Source: Adineta vaga
Taxonomy: Eukaryota > Animalia > Rotifera
DNA: 64,000 nucleotides
Direction: 5' to 3'
Assembly: GCA_021613535.1 (NCBI GenBank)
Contig: CP075492.1
Coordinates: 16,306,001-16,370,000 of the forward strand
Every line of letters starts with the position of its first letter. Position 1 is the stretch's first letter. Below are positions 11,114 to 24,700 of the stretch, one piece after another. The position numbers were made by a program, and so were the translations under genes. The notes beneath the pieces were generated by a model. That model ran no database searches. It was given only the letters and a program-made list of their open reading frames with translations, and was not told where the DNA came from.

Positions 11114-13622
11114 TTATTTTCTCATAATTCTTGTCATTCGTTGTTTATGTCTTGTTCTTGCATCCCTCTGTGATGCACCAAATGTATTAGAGAATTTTGT
11201 AAATGCAGCATACATAACTATAGCTTGTATTGGCATCATAGCAGCTAAGAATGCAGCATTTAGAATTGCAATTGGTTGAAGACAAATACTTTCCTATTTG
11301 ATTTTAGAGAAAAATAAAATTAGAACAAAAAAAACATTATTTAATACTTACAAAATCTTTTGGATCTAGAACAGCAACAGTCGATTCATTTGTTGAACTA
11401 GCTGCGGTTGGAGCTGGTGTTGCTGGAGCTAAATAAATAACGTAATAAGAAAATCTTCTTCTTCTTTCAAAATATAAAAAGTTTTCTTACGAGCTGTTGT
11501 GGGTGGTGTAGTTGTTGATGTCGTTGCTGTTGTCGTTAGTGGAATTGCAGTTGTTACAATAATACCAGTTGTTGTTAACTAAATAAAAATAAGATTTAAA
11601 AAAAAGAACTTATAGCATTGATTGAACTTACAGCAGTATTGATACTTGTAGTTGATGTTTGTTTTGTGGTAACTGTTACTGTAGTAAATGGTGTTGTCGT
11701 TGTTGTTGTTGTTGATGAACGCGCAGGATTCCAAATATTAAATACCCAAAATGTTGGATCATTGATTGGTGCAGATTCAGGACCTTTATAGAAAGATATA
11801 TTTTTTTCTTGTTATTCTTTCATATTAAGTATTACAACTTACCACAAAATTCAGTTCCACTTGCTACACCTGAAAAATAACAAAAAAAAGAGATAAAATA
11901 AGAAAGAAAGAAAGGAATTAGTACATACCACTGTCCATATTCACATAATAAAAAGCTCCAGCATCCCAAGGTGAAACAGGAAAACGAATAACAATTGTAA
12001 AACCAGTATATGTCACCTCTGGTTCCCAACCACAATCATATTTTCGTACAAGAGTACCATTACTATAATAAAAATAAATATATGTACCATTACGTGTCGG
12101 ACGATTGACTGAAATTGATGCTAAAATAAAACAAAATGAACTTATACTGCGTGATGATTATTAAATTTTGAGTAAATATATTACTTTGAATAGAAAAGAC
12201 AGTTTGATTTTGAAAGACAGTACCGATAGGTGAAGCTGTACCTTGAACCAATGTTGGTCGAATAACATCAGGTGATTTAAAACCGACTAAGAATGTAATA
12301 CACCATTGATTTGTTTGAATATTTGTATTATCAACAGCACCTATACAAACAGCTTGTGGACCATATTGACTACTGACAGGAAACCAGCTGAGAATGATTT
12401 GATAAATACCTACAAATAATTCATCGAACATATAGAAATCAAGACAAATGACATATCTACTGACCAGGACGTGGATTTATAATAGCACTTTTTTGCATAC
12501 CAACTGGAACACTAGAAACATACTCAGTAATACTTTTTCCAGGACAATAAACTTGAATAGTGACATATTCAGTGATATTGTCACCAACCAAAACACCAAT
12601 ACAAGCTTTAAAAAAAACACAAAAAATTAAATATGATAAAAGAGTTATCGATGAAGTTCGAAATTACCTCGATTCGGACGGTTACCAATGATTTCTGGTG
12701 GAGTAGAACAACCACTAGGAGCAGCATAACCATAAAATAGAAATTGAAGTGGTACTGAAGTCATCGGTTTATTTGCTGCAAGTGCTGCAGCATTATAAAA
12801 ATCTTCAATTTGTAATGCTGCTGCAACATACCAACCAGCAGTAGTAAGTGTAAATACAATTGTACAATTTTCTCCGATAAGATTAGCACCAGGTATACCG
12901 TTACACACATCAGCACATTCATCATATGAATTAATATTAGGCGTAAGTTGCTTTGACCATCGACATCTTAATATATCAGTTCCATCAAAATCAGACATTT
13001 GAACAACATGAACATGTTGAATATTGATTTCTTTGTAAAGAATAGGAAGACTAACAGCAATAGGACTTGTATTTAAATAACCATCTGGTCTAACAATAGT
13101 ACTGATTAGGCCAACAACAGACCAACTTCCATCACGTCCAACAACAAGATAGGAAAACCAAGCACCTCCAGTAAAAGCAACACTGAAGACAATATTAAGT
13201 GGTATTGTAAATGTCTGATAATATTCACCAGAAGCAACATCCAGAGGAGCACTAAAATCAGTGCAATATGTTGATACACTCATACTACTAAAATAAGAAC
13301 CACAACTGCCAGACACACAAGTCAATGAGCCGCCTCCAATCATGGGATTTTGAGCAGCAATTGTAGCAGGCGAACACACAGGAAAACCTGAACTACGACG
13401 CCATGACCATCGTTCTCGTACAATAACAGGAACGGAACTACCCGATGGAGTATTATTAAAAGGACGTCTAGAAGAAAAAAACATGTACAAATAAAGCTAA
13501 ACAAAAATTGTTAATATAACTAACGATGTAATTGTTCCACCACGAAAATGAGATGAATCGATAATAGAAATATATGGAAATAAACAGATGATAAGAAATC
13601 TAATGATCATCATCTGCAGCAT
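11114..13622 (-). CDS. Multi-exon type I membrane protein (signal peptide, SHFRGGTIT domain, Cys-rich ectodomain, Thr-rich stalk, TM, basic tail)
   Basis: Exon 1 MLQMMIIRFLIICLF...SHFRGGTIT; large exons at 12645-13490 and 12090-12431; poly-Thr exons 11370-11790; last exon ...AAFLAAMMPIQAIVMYAAF...RIMRK-TAA. Short GT-AG introns. Confidence 0.8.
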
Positions 13623-13824
13623 GAAAAAATGCAACGAATAAAATGAAACATAAATGCACTAATATTATGCTTTTTATATGTTTGTAATGTTATAATTGAG
13701 AAGAAACTAGACGTTTCAATCCGTTAACAAGCATTATTTGTCTTAACTACACATTCGTTGATGTTTTCAAAATACTTTCAAACATAAACAGAGTATAGAA
13801 ATGTTTTTTTTTCTACGCATAAGA

Positions 13825-14149
13825 TTAAAGTTCCCAATAACAATCTTTTCCTTAATGGATCACTTAAGTTGTTAATGAAATATACGAAGAAATAAAAAGA
13901 CGCTTTAACAGAACAACAATTTGCTTCGAAGAACATTATAGTACGGTCAACATTCTCGGTACGCGTGATGAAATCGTGAAGAATGAAACAGCAAACAAAA
14001 ATCCATTTTCTTATATTGTACTCAAAGATAATAACTGCCAACGGTTCCAGTTTTGTTGAATAACACAAAAAAACGAAAGTACTCCGCGGTGCTCGCTGAA
14101 ATTCGTTATTTTTGCATACGAAAAGTACCAAATTTTATTTCAACTTTAG
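13825..14149. mobile_element. Possible degenerate MITE with TTAAAG-type termini
   Basis: TTAAAGTTCCCAATAACAAT versus reverse complement of the right end, CTAAAGTTGAAATAAAAT. Confidence 0.3.
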
Positions 14150-16169
14150 TTAAGAACATGAAACAATCGTAGCATTTGTCTCAAATACTTCTAAAAACAA
14201 AACGGAATAAAAGCATTAAGTCTCTTGAAATTTTGCCTACTGTCTGCAAGAATGTGAGTATTTCCAAATCATCTTTATGATCTTGAGATAAAAGTGAACG
14301 TATACAATTAACGGCACCGCCCTACCCTGCTCTATAGACATTTCTGGTTACTATATGAAAAGATGATGTTGAATGGTCTACAGTTAATACAAAAATGTTT
14401 ATAAAATTGAGAATATGAAACAATCGAATTTGTATTTCGAAAAAAACGATATAAAGAAAGTTCGAATAGATTGAGTTATTGTTATGATTTATCTTTACAA
14501 GGTTTATTTGATTGTCTTAAATATGAACGATCAAAACCAATTTATAGTCTTAAAATCAATCCACATCGGATGTAATTATGTGCGTTCAAATGTAGTATAG
14601 ACACAGAAAAGCATCACTACAAAACATTTTCCGAATAATCATTTAATTTACATTTTATTCTTAAAGAATTTATTGTTGTAACAGTTACTAGGAAAATCGC
14701 CCAGTACTTCGTTCTCTTAGTTAATACACTTTATATTGTTATTTGTTTAAATGTAAGTTTCAACAGGATTCTTCAGAATTGCTCATCATAGAATAAGATG
14801 CTAAAAGAACTTCTAATATAATTATAAGTAGTTAAGTAGTAAAGACATAGACAAGGATGAGTAATTCACTATAGTACCTTTCTTATTATTGCGCTGATGC
14901 ACAGTTCTAATATTAATACAATACAATGAAACAATACGTTTATGGAAATCTTTGGTTTATGGAGAATGTGTATGAGTGAAAGAACGAAAAAATGACTGGA
15001 TGAAGTATGAGATTAATCCTGGTAACACATGCCTTTGCGAAACAATATTCTATTTCATAATTTTTGACGAAAGTTCTAGATCTGTGGAATTTTCTCTAAA
15101 ATATAAGAGAGAGAGAGAAGAATTAAGAGTACAATATTTTAACATACATTCTTTGTCTAAATTTCACATCGGTTCAGTTGAGCAAAAGCTAGAGTAACAG
15201 AATAAAAAACGGAAAGCATATTTCTAACACTAAAATAACATTATGAGAGCTTTCGAGATCTTATGAAAACAGAAATCTTTCCATCATATCTAAATGATGA
15301 CTATAGAAAATGAGACAAAGCAAAGTTACTTAATGATTTTTTTCTAAGAAAATACTTTTTCGACAACAACTTACAGAATCGAAATAAATGCACGGTAGAT
15401 CTAGTTTGTATGTAAATCTTAGAAACAGATCTATTTTGATTCTTGTGATCTTCCTTCTTACGTCTTTCACGTTCGTTCCGTGTTACTATCTGCTTTTATT
15501 CTAAGGATTCTGTTTCTATCTGTTGCACGCTACAGTTCTTTGTAATCTGATGTGTAAACATGCGTATGTACAATTGGAGATCTCACAACATTTAGAGACA
15601 CTAGGGACATGCAAGTTGGAAATTTCCCGAGTATGAATACTTTGTATGCATTGTTTGGGTTTAAGCAAAGTTGAATTGTTCTAATGAAAACAAAAGATCT
15701 AGTAGCTCCATTGTATATACGATGATACTCAACGTACAACGATTCATTTGACTTCTATATAATTGCTCGGATAAAAGAATATTCATTTGTCTCATATAAT
15801 GTTCATATGACTTAACCGAGTGTCTGTATTTCATAGATACAAACGATAATCTGTTTATCGTCAATGAAAGAAAAGAATAGTTCACATTTACATAAAACTA
15901 CATATTTTCTAATTTCGGTTTTCTTTTCGAAAACCTCTATATTGACCATAGTTGTATTACTCTTGATTTCTAGAACATTTTCATATTCAAAGGTATACAA
16001 TACAAGAATGAAGAGAATTTCTGAATGTGTGCTTCTATAGAAGTATGCTATCCATTTCATCGAGATGAATGTATCTTTCTATTTGGGTTCGCTGTTACAC
16101 CTATACTTATTCCTTTTCCAACAAGCAGCTTTATTTCTTTCTAACATAGAAAACTAAACACAAATTATA

Positions 16170-18076
16170 GTATTCTTTTTTCAAGTTCCAAGTTTTTTCT
16201 CATGAGTTGAAGATTAGGATGAGTTTATGGTAATGATTGTTGTCCAATTTGCACAGCAATAGCGTAAAATGAAAGTGCTTTTGGATAGTCACCCATACTT
16301 TTATACACACTACTGACGTTATTGTAGGATAAAGCCAAATCTGGGTGATTGTTTGGAAGTGATTGTTTTCGAATTTCAAGAGCTTTTTCAAACAATGAAA
16401 GGGCTTTTGGATATTCACCCATCCTAATATACACAATACCGATGTTGTTGTAGGATGAAGCCAAATCTGGGTGATTGTTGTTGAATTTCGAGAGCTTTTT
16501 CAAGAAATGAAACTGCTTGTGGATAGTCAGCCATTCTGTAGGACGCATAACCGATGTTGCTGTAGGATGAAGCCAAATGAGGATGATTGAGTGAAAGTGA
16601 TTGTTCTCGAACTGCAAGAACTTTTTCACAGAATGTTACTGCTTCTTTATATCTTCCTTGATTGCATCTGATGGAAACAAGGATGTCGTAAATTGAAACC
16701 CGTTCACTCGTATTCTTTAATTGATTGAATAGCATTTCACAAATTTTCTCAGATATGCCATCTTGATTTAATTTATCCAAGACTAAACACAATCTATGCC
16801 ATCCAACTGAATTTGGGAGAGTCTCTTTTCTTATAGAATCAGTAAGTTTACTCAGTTGTTTGTCATTATCGCTCGTAAGTATCAAATTCACTTCTTGAAG
16901 TCTAGGACTCGCATCTATTTGCTTGATATCATGAATGCGAAACACACTGTGCATAGAGAACAACACTTCATCTTCATCTTGAAAGAAACTGTCATCATGA
17001 ATAAAGGCAAAAGGTGATGAGGATGAACCGGAGTGAGCCTCTATAACGAAGAGAATGCCTACTAAGTCAGGATTGCTGGCACTACTTTTGGCAAGAAAAA
17101 GCGGCATGTCCCGTTTTGCGCTTGTCGATAAAAAGTTATTGAATAACATCAATCCACCTTTGGACTTTGTCATTTCATCGAAATCTGCCTTTGACAAACC
17201 TTGACCACGATAAACTGTGAACATGTGATTAGAAGAATGATGACCAAGTTGTTTTTTATGTAGCTGTTCAATATGTCGATGAAGGTCATTGATGAAAAAA
17301 CTCATCCGCACAATGATATCTCCATCCATCATTCGTAATGCACCATTGAGCATTGAATACAAAGCACTTTCTCTTGTGTACCACCATATTGGTGTTTTTT
17401 GATGATATTTACGAACTAATTGATCAATGTCATCCAGTTCTTTGTCATTGTCAACAAATGCATTAGGACAATGCTTTATAAATTCTTTAATGTGATGATC
17501 TTCAAAATCAATAGTCAATAAGATTTCTTTGATAATTTGCGTGTACATAAAAGATGGATCTAGTTGATCCAACCGTTTCCCCGATGCCATGAAGCTCATG
17601 TGTATAGCGTTCTGTTCAGTTTGATCTGTTGCTTCTTTGATGGCTTGACAGAGTGATGGTATATCTGTGAAGACACCTCTTATCTTTGACCAGTCTTTCA
17701 TCCATCCTTCATAAAACTGGTTCTTGTGACGAAAAATGAAAATGGAATTCAATTGACAAATATCATGAATACATGGTACGAGACTTTGGGCAACCGATTC
17801 AGAAATGATCATGAACACTTTTTTGTCGTTGATGTCGAGGATAGATTCGATGCATTCGTCATTATCTGTGAATACGTTGATGCTATTGACAGCATTTTGA
17901 AATTGTTGAATTCTACTTTGACAATGATCATTGTTGCTATCAAAATGTTTGTCTAACCAGACTGCAACGACAGTTCGCATCTTCTGAATATCGATACGTC
18001 GGCGTTCGTTTGTAGCTTTGGAAGTTCCTGTCACTTGTTCATCATGTATGATACTGTTGAAATTTTCGGTGGTCAT
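16170..18076 (-). pseudogene. R-S-E type ADP-ribosyltransferase + TPR protein, frameshifted in the TPR region
   Basis: WWYT, VYRGQ, FLSTS and EDEVLF motifs followed by 42-aa TPRs. Frameshift at ~16475 and in-frame stop at 16225. Confidence 0.85.
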
Positions 18077-18705
18077 TATTTTTTTGATTATTCGACACGT
18101 CGATACAGTGGATTGCAGTTATTTTAAAAAGTCCCGCTAAGAATAATTCTATTTTTATTCTTTTAACGGGTCCCTTTCTTCGTTTGTAATCGGCAGTGTT
18201 CGTCTTCTTATAATACTTAACTTTTTGTTAAAAACAAGAAGAGAGGACAAAAGACAGACGTTGACTGATAACACTGAAGGAACGAAAATATTTCAAATAA
18301 ATTCACATTTGAATAGATAATTACCAAAATAGTTTATGAAAAAAATGCATGCTTTTTCTTTTTGTTCTTATCTCTGATGTTGTTTTAGATTCGAAAGTTA
18401 GAAAAAATAATGATATAATCAAGTACAATATGAATTACACAATTGCTTTGCATAGTTTATGTAAATAAGAATGGGTGTGGGTGAGGTTGTGGATAAGAAA
18501 AAACACTCACTCACATCCTCAATTTAAGTTTTTTGTAATTTCGACTTAATAAGAACTTACTATCAACCTCGACTAAAAACTTATTTTATTCGATACTTCT
18601 TTGGATACTTAAAAAATCAAAGTCGATTTTAGTTGAACAATGAATAGAAAGGAGTTTTTTAATGTTCAATAAAGTTAATAATGCGAATTGTATTCTTTCT
18701 TGTCA

Positions 18706-21700
18706 TCAATTCAAATCATTGTTTATTAAAACATTCATTTTCAGGTCTAATTGTCGTTTATCAGATAAATTTAATTTAATATCTTTAAGAATTGTCAATG
18801 AATGATTAATTAAATTGACTCGATATATATAATAGGTGTTGGGATATTTCAATATTTCTTCTACTTCTTGTATAGAAATTGAAAATTGATAATTGTCATT
18901 ACGTTTTGAGGTTGTTTTAACTTCAATTCGATGTGTATCTTGAGATTTATCACTAAAATTAATTTCAATATCATACGGTAATCCTGTTTCACCAGTTTTA
19001 TTCAGCCATTCTATTAACACTTTGTCATTCGAACGATATAAATTTTCAAGATGTTTAAAAACTAATTCTTCTCCTTTGCGTCCAACTTGTCGAAGATATT
19101 CTTCATCTATTTCTTCATCATTCTTTTGTATCATATCATCCTCATCTGGTATCTTTAAATGACTAAGATCAATATGTTCAAATTTGGCTATATTCTGTTT
19201 CTTCGGTTTGAAATTTGAAGCGAAATCTAAGAAAATGAGAAATTATTATTATTATTTCAAACAAACACAAAAGACAACTTACCGGATCGTTGATGTTCTT
19301 CTCGTCTAATTGTTGTGGATCGATTATTATCCTTCAGATTAACATCAGTTGTTTGTTTATTTGTATTCTCTTGCAGATTATTATTATTATTAATTTGTGA
19401 ATTAGATGATTTCTGTTTTACTTTTGATTTAGGTATTTTAATTTCTTCTTCATCATATATTTCAGCAGCTAATGTTCGAACAACTGGACGTTTACAATCT
19501 GTATCACTATCATCAGTATCTTCTTCTTCTTCTTCTATTTTATTTTCATCGATCTCTTCATTATTTTCGTTGATTTTCCACATTAATTTGAATTCATCAT
19601 CATTTACTATATTTGTTAGTAATTGATTTTTTGAATAAGCTGTTAATAACTTTCGATAATATTTATCTAATTTATCACGTTTATATTGACATTCTTTAAT
19701 AGTATCATGAATAATAAATTGAATCATTGTATCAATACTTTGTGAATAATGTTGTGAATTTAACAGATAAAATTTTTTCAATTTTTCATCAAGATAACAT
19801 TGATAGAGATGATCGAATGATATATCTTTATAATTAAATGTTACTTTAATATTATCAACAGTGAAAAATTTCATTTGTGAAAATATTTCATTTAATTTTC
19901 GTTTGTTATATGATTCATCAAACATATCTGTTTCAGTAAATAAAAATTTAGAAACAAATGGTAAGGTTTTTTCATAAAATTGTTTTAAAGTATCAGATGT
20001 TTTTATATTTGTAACATCAACAGTTGATTTTAATACTTCAGAAAAGTTTTTCAATTGAAATTGATCAAGAAATTTTCGTCCATTTGTTGTCAAATCATAT
20101 TCTAAATCAAAAGAAAACAATTTCCATGGCAGTTACTTCTTTATCGAACTATAGTGTTTTTACACTTCTGAATGAATTAGGTATAAGCCGATTCGATAGG
20201 AACTTGAAAGTAGAAATCCACCGATTATACAATCTGAATATGTATGAATTCATAGTGAGATGATTACTGGATTCCTCTATTCTGAAGTTCCCACCATTTT
20301 TAGATCACAAAAAATGTCGAATAATAATAGAAAAACTATACCGGGTAATTTAATAATTGGTAAATATTCTGACTCGAACAATTGTGCCACATTCTTATCA
20401 TCGGGAATAAATGGTTTATCATTCATTTTTATCCATCCAAATCGTGTCATACTTGGTATAAGAGACTGTTGTTGAAAAAAATCTAGAAAATAAAAAGGAA
20501 AAACTAAGTATTGGGAATCTCTATGATCGAAATACTTACCGATAATAGTATTATTGTCTTCATCCTTCAAGTTTTCAAATATTTTCCAAATATTATTTGT
20601 TATTTCATCAGTAATTTCTTTTTGTGAATAATTTTTCAATAATTCCAAATAAGAATTGAAATTTGGTGTCAAGGGTATTCTTAATATATCTATGAATAAT
20701 CTTTCTAATTCTTTATAAAAATATTTCATTAAATAATGTTCAGGTAATAAATGTGTTGGATCATCCCAGATTACTTCATTAATAAATAAAAATTCACCAT
20801 AACATAGATCAGTATTATTTGATGTATAAGAATTAGGTAGAAAAAAATTGGCCATTTCATATAGCGTTTATCATTCGTTAATTCATTGTAAAGAAAATTA
20901 TATAAACTACTCATAATTAATGGAGTTTCAATGAATTTTCGTCGATATGGTTGTTTTGGCGGATTATCTAATAGAATATTGATTCTTTCTCGTTTAGCAT
21001 TTTCATCCATATTAGATATATCAATATTTGATAATGATGTATATGTCGAAGAGTTAATATATTCTAATAATCTTAAAATCACATCTTGTGGTGTAATTCC
21101 ATCGTTTATATTTAGTGTAAAAATCAATTCTGAATGTAAATGTATACTTTCAATGTAAGGAAAATAATGAATAAATATGTCAGCGTAACTCTGAGTACGT
21201 CGAATGAAAACATTCATAGGTTGCTTTAATTTTGTTGTCGAATTTTTCGTTATTTCTTTTGTTTGTTCATTATAAATATATTCAATACATGTAGCTGATA
21301 TCCAATTAAATCGTTTTAAATCTATGCAAAATGTTGAATCAACTTCTTCTAATCGATATGGATTGTCTGCTAAAAATATACCGACGCGAAAATAATGTCG
21401 AATTTTTTCCCATTTTTTATTTATATATGCTAATAATTGATAACATGTATCATGATAAAGACTAGGATGTTCAGAGCAATGTTTTTCACCATCATGAAAT
21501 ATTTCCTTGAATTCATTACATACAAAATCATTGATTTTATATTCACTAATATTCTTATAATCTTTACGAAATCCTTCTTCATAATGTTCCCATGCTGTTC
21601 CACGTATTTGGCCTATAGAAAGAAATATTATATTGTCGTAAAACTTTATTCAAAAACTATTTTATTCAGATGATTTGACTGATCTAAATATAGACTACTC

Positions 21701-24700
21701 TATTTTACGTTAACTCACATAGGGAATCATGAATTCATAAATACACTGAAAAGTACTATAGATTTCCCTCTCTAAAAACCCCGAAAATCGAGCAAATTGC
21801 CTATTCGCGTTCGCTCATGCTTCACAAATGAACCAAATGACCTCTGATTCTTCTTACTAAGATTAACTTACTATGTATAATTGATTCGATTTTTAAAAAT
21901 TCACTAATACCCAACTTTTCCAGAAACAAATACCATTGATTTTTTTCTTGAATTTTTATATAATTCAAATATTCATCTGACATAAATATCCAATTCTTAT
22001 TTTGAGATATCTTGGTAATTTTATCATTAAAATGATCTGTTGATGGTAAATGAATTGTTGTTTTCATTGGATTATAAAATATATTATCTTGACATTTGAT
22101 TTGAACAATACTTTTAAATTCATCGATATCAAAATTTTCGTTATAATAATTTCCTATTTGATAAATATTTTCATAAACATATAATAAATATGTGATTAAG
22201 ATTTTATCATCTTTTGTTTTCCATATATTTTCATTTTCAAATATAGGTTTTATTAAAAAATGATAAATTTCATCTGAACTTTTTTCAATAATACCAAATT
22301 TTCTTAATAATTCTTTTACTTCTTCTAAACGATCAATATACTTTTCTTCAATATAATTAAATAATTCGATTTTAATTGTAGGTAAATTATTTAATAATTG
22401 ATTAAAATTTTCATCCATTTCAGTTAAACTTGTTTGAGTTATATCAGGAAAAAAGATTGTCATTTCATTTGTCGATACAAGTTCTGTTTGATTTTCTATA
22501 GGAATCATTTTTAATTCTTTTAAATGAATTGTATCATCATCGTTGTTGTTATTATCTAAATATTTCATTTGTTCTAAAGTATAATTTAAACATATTAACC
22601 ATTGAGCAATTTGTTCTATTGAACTATTGGCTGATTGTTGTTGATTGAGAAATTGTTTTTTAATTATTCGTATTATTTCATGAATATTTAACTTTTCAAT
22701 ACCTAATAATGATAAGATTTTTTCATCAACATCATCGAAATATTCATGTAAAAAGTATTTTCCACAATGTACCGATAATAAATTTGAAGATAAGATTTTA
22801 AGAATAAATGCATCGCGAATCATAACACATTTCGATGCTGGTTGCCATTCAACTTGTTGCTCACAATGATCTAAACAATACAAAAAAACTTATGTGCAAA
22901 ATCACGAAGCTAATTGAGAGTGTACGTGTGGAATAAGAGTATAGCCTTATCCTCACCCACACCCATCCTTTATTACCTTGTCGTACTGGAAATTTGATTT
23001 TTTCACGTAACTTTGTTAGACAATGTTCGATAAATCCATGAAAATATGGATCTACTTCATTTATATTTGGAATAAATTTTAGAAAATATTTTAGTGCGTG
23101 AATTGGATTAATTGTTTGAAAATAGGGTGATGATGAAATATTTTGTAGAGTAGTTGGTAACTCAGTAAAATAATCATAGGCATCAGGCAATAATTGAATC
23201 ATTTCATTTCTGATCCATTCATTCCATTCATTTCCTGTTAGTATATCTTGTCTACTTGCTGGTACTTCAAAATCAGCTTGTAAAATAAAACGAAAACCAA
23301 ACTGTCGTACTGGTAAATAAGCAAATAAATGTTGTATAGGTACCGGTGTATTTCTACTTAAACATTGTTCCATATGTTGAAGTGGAAAGCCAATAGCTAT
23401 TGTTGTTGCTACAACATCACTTTTGATTTCACGTAATTTTTGCTAAAAAGAATATAAAATAATTTTAGCACAGGATAAAGACCATAAGATCTTCATATGT
23501 GAACAATTTCGGAACAAAACTAATTAATTTTACAAGAGAATACTACACTTAGATTCTATAAATCAATCTATCATTCGCTGATTATGAGTATTGCAATGAT
23601 GTTATTGTAGATATGATTGTACTTACTTGAATTGTTTCAGGTACATTTACAGATTTTTTAATGACTAACCAATAATTTGTTTGTTGATCTTCACCATTAT
23701 ATTCAGTTAGTTCAATGATATTTTTTGGATGATCATAACGTGTAAATTTTTTTATATAATGATTTTCAAAATGAATTTCAAGTGATTTTAATCGACGTAA
23801 AAATAATAATAATTTTGGATTTACATTGTCAAATTTTTGTTTTATTTGTTGCTGAATCTCTGTATCTGATTTTAATTTTAATCGTATACAAGTATTCCAA
23901 ATATTATTTTCATCATTCATTACAACAGATTTATATTCATCATCATTCAACCAAATAGGACACACATAACCAACACGATCACCATTACTAGCATCAAAAC
24001 AGATATGATAATTATTTGAATGAATTTCCGGTCTATTGGATACCTGGAAAAAAATGTTTTCTTTTTATTTTGTTAATTGATAAAATTCAATTATATAAAC
24101 TTACAACAAATACAGATTTGAAACCAATTCCTTTGTGACCCGAAACACCTTCTTTATGTTTACCTTTTGTTGATTTTCCAACAGTACAAATGGCATTAAT
24201 GTGTTCGATTTGAAAACCATTTTCATTATTATAAATTTCTATTTGTTCATCGTTAATAGTAAATTTTAAATTTGGTATGGAATTTGCGTTCAATTCGGAA
24301 TAATCATTATCGTCAGCATTTTGAATTAATTCTAATACAAAATGACCTTGATCAGAATAAAGATCATCAGATATTTTTTTTAAACATTCTCCAAGTAAAT
24401 CTTGTAAATTACCAACAACTTTCTGAGTTTCATCATTTAGATTAGCATTTTTACCAAGAATTTTACGTATTCCTTCAATATGGTCAATTGGATCAATATC
24501 ATTATTATCAGCTTTGTTATCCTGTACAGGACGAGACGAAAGAGTCGATTTTTCTTGTTTTGAAATATCAACGCTTTTGTATGAGGTTTTAATCGGCTCA
24601 TTGATTTGTGTAGTATCTAGTAAATAAACAAATAGAATGCTTATATGCCGTTAGTAACCTTCAATGGCGAGGGTGGGCGTGAGTGAATAGAAGAGTATTA

